Assembly: GCA_964016885.1 (NCBI GenBank)
Contig: OZ024751.1
Span: 6,944,001-7,008,000 of the forward strand
Reading direction: 5' to 3'
DNA from: Eledone cirrhosa
Taxonomy: Eukaryota
DNA length: 64,000 nt
The notes under the pieces were generated by a model. That model worked only from the letters and a program-made list of their open reading frames with translations. It was not told the origin of the DNA and searched no databases. Shown here piece after piece: positions 61,020-64,000 of this stretch (positions within the stretch are counted from its first letter, which is position 1; the number at the start of each line of letters is the position of its first letter). The position numbers and the translations under genes were made by a program.

Positions 61020-61590
61020 GAACTGATAACTGACCTTTTAACACCAGCTCATCTACAATCACAGTGAAGGAGGTCAGCTGTACTTAAACATTGTGACAAA
61101 ACAACTATAACAGGCTGATAAGCTAGTGGGAGAGGCTATAAGAACTGAACCTCTACTCCTTGGAACGAAGACGGGAGAGATACGCAGTGACATACATGTG
61201 GAAAATCCTGGAGGGACTAGCACCAAACTTTGGCATTGGGAGCTGCACCAACCCCCTAACAGGACGTCACTCTGTGGTGCTGTCTTCCACATCTAGAATA
61301 AGGAGCAAATATTGCAATAACCTAGGGTTCAAGGGCCCTCAACTCTTCAACAAGCTGCCGAGTGATCTAAGAGATCTGCATGGTGTGGATCTGCATGGTG
61401 TGGAAACATCTCGACACCTTGGTATCCAGGATCCCGGATGAGCCCACAACAATGGACGAGGGAACCCTAAGGGCAGCAGCAAAGAACTCCCTCCAATACA
61501 GTAGCCAACCAATAATATGTGTAGCCACAAGGGCGGTTCACCCGCCTGGCCTCAGCCGGATGGCTGGAACAGGTAAAAGAGTAAAAGAAT
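61020..61590 (+). mobile_element. CR1-group LINE 3' end, same family as 37425-38308
   Basis: LYSLERRRERYAVTYMWKILEGLAPNFGIG..KGPQLFNKLP..HLDTLVSRIPDEP. Confidence 0.78.
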
Positions 61591-62205
61591 GTATATATAT
61601 ATATATATATGAAAATAAATGTATATATATATATAGTAATAATAATAAATTTGAAGACTAAAATCCAAAGAGGGCTCGATAAGGATAAATATATATCAAA
61701 TATATAAGAACCGTAGAGCAGATATTTATTAACATAACAGATTAAAGTTTAAGCAAAGAATCGCTGCTTTCACCCTTAACGGGATCTTCTGAAACTAACA
61801 AAGTCAATCTGTAAACGCAGAAGTGGATATTTCAAAAAACGTTGCAACCGGAGGAAGACAGGAAGACGATACTTTGGTTCGTGGAAACGTTCGCTATGCA
61901 AATAAGTAATGGTATAAACAAACATATACTTAGCTCCCACATCAAGACGTAAAATATCCACGTATAGATCGTATTATCCGTTAGGTATAACGTGGGGCTG
62001 TAATACAGGAAAGTTTAGCGGATGTGACATATAGCAAAATATATATATATATAAATATGTCTGTGTATGTGTATGTGTGTGTATGTGTGTGTGTGTATAT
62101 CTATATGTATATATATGTATATTCATATGTATATATATATATGTATATCCATATATATATATATATATATACATATATATATACATATGTATATGTATGT
62201 ATATG

Positions 62206-62253
<48 letters not shown>

Positions 62254-62450
62254 CATGTGTTTATATATGTATATGTAAATATATAAAAACAAAAAAATAT
62301 TTTCGCTCTGCATGGCTGAGTAATATGAGGTTTTCTAATATTAATGATAATATTCGATTCGTTTGCAATTATCCAGACACGCCTCCTTTTTAAACCCATG
62401 TCAGTAGAATGAGCCCCTCATTCTTGCTTTTGCATTGGCATGTAAACAGA

Positions 62451-62496
62451 ACTGCATACACTAATGTTTCTGGGTATCACCCTTCATCAGTACAGT
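62451..62496 (-). ncRNA. Canonical-core type I hammerhead motif, family J (single copy)
   Basis: actgta-CTGATGA-agggt/accca-GAAA-CA-ttag-TG-TA-tgcagt. Confidence 0.75.
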
Positions 62497-64000
62497 TTTC
62501 TGTTCACCTGCCAGCTGTCAGAGCTAGTGAAAATATATGATATTTTCTAAAATATACAGTGGATGACATGCCTGATTTGCATATTAGCAGACTGGCTGAT
62601 CAGCCAGGTCTGCATATTTGCATATCCACTGATCAGCCACATTTGCATATCAGCAGATTGGTGGCCAGTCAGTTTCCAGTATACGAGCGATGAATGGCCG
62701 GCTTTGCTATATTCAAATAAAAATATTTTATATATATGTATATATATAGGTATATGTCAGTATCTATGACTATATGTATATATGTCTATACATCTATACA
62801 TCCGTATATCTCTCTGTCCTTGTGTGCGTGTGCGCGTGCGCGTGTGTGTGTGTGTATGCGCGTGTGTTTATATAAACACATATATACTGGTAGAAGTACG
62901 ACTTCTAACCCAATCACCACTACCACTACCAAATTCTACTAACGTCAACACAACTAAATAATAATGTGTTAGACTCTATGCTGAAACATGACTTCGATGA
63001 CGGACTGAGAATCATTTGTATCTGATTTGAATTAAATGACTATCGTGTGTTATAGACCGGTGATTTTATTTGTTTCCTTATAATGTATCTAAGAAGGATT
63101 GGAGTCACAAAGACATTCAGAATTAAACATATTCATAGAAGGTTAAGCATCATACTACGTACGATGCTTATACTCTTAAAGGAAGTTGTTTCCTTGTTTA
63201 TTAGAATTTAGCGTGTTTTATTGGTATGAATACATTACAATATTTTCATATTAATAACCAAGACATCTCTCCGTATTAATGAATATTCGTGACAAAATGC
63301 AGAAACTTTAATCATATTTGAAAGAAGATATCAAGCACCGCTGGAAAACATATTTAGTATGCCAATATGCTGGAACTAGATATCACGTTTAACAGCTATT
63401 TTTTGCCGATAAGCCGAAGGAACAGTTAAGATCGTACCTACAAATAGATATAAATTCCTCTCAGTCATATCACATATGCATTTGATATAAAATACTACAT
63501 CGGGTTATCAGTCTGAATGTTGATATTTTAAATTGTTTAATTTACACTGCATAATTAGGTTCTCGGGTCTAGAAAATTTGCATTCTCTGATAAATTAAAA
63601 AAAGAATGATTGAATTTAAAATTTAAGCTGACATTTTGTTCTTGAACTTCTCATTTATATTATTTAATGCTAAAAATTACCATATCACATTAATTTGTGG
63701 TTTGCATTACAATCTGAGGGCCGTATGTTTGTTTAAATACACTGATTCGATGTTTCACGATTCGCATTATATATATGACACCCTACAAGATATAATATAT
63801 TAATGTTTGTTTGGTAGGTTTGAGGATAATGTGCATATGTCCTCTGACATGCTGCTGTATATATAGTAAATGTAATGCTGTGTACGTCACATAAACAGAA
63901 ATATTTCAGTTGGAAGTTTTAACATTAACCACAACACATAAATATATGAAACAAAAACGCACACACACACAACAAATACGTAGTGCTCCTGTCAGTATTA

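Overview
AT-rich, repeat-saturated eukaryotic (animal) DNA with no recognisable host protein-coding gene. The dense (TA)n/(CA)n/(ATCT)n tracts and the retroelement mix suggest a large invertebrate genome such as a coleoid cephalopod (inference only). Supported content: (1) a disabled Tx1/L1-clade LINE (ORF1 with CCHC knuckle; ORF2 APE-RT-zinc finger) plus a 5'-truncated tandem copy, both ending in (ATCT)n; (2) at least eight Penelope-like element (PLE) copies or fragments of Naiad-like and Neptune-like type, several with inverted pseudo-LTRs; (3) RTE and CR1-group LINE 3' fragments and a probable CORE-type SINE. The main hidden signal is non-coding. By eye I find about 30 hammerhead-ribozyme (HHR) motifs in about 10 sequence families, including compensatory U3-A8 core variants. 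There is also a non-coding 420-500 nt tandem repeat carrying one minimal type I HHR per monomer (retrozyme-like), which repeatedly sits next to one Naiad family. All HHR calls are manual folds and none has been tested. Most ORFs in the supplied track are microsatellite artefacts.
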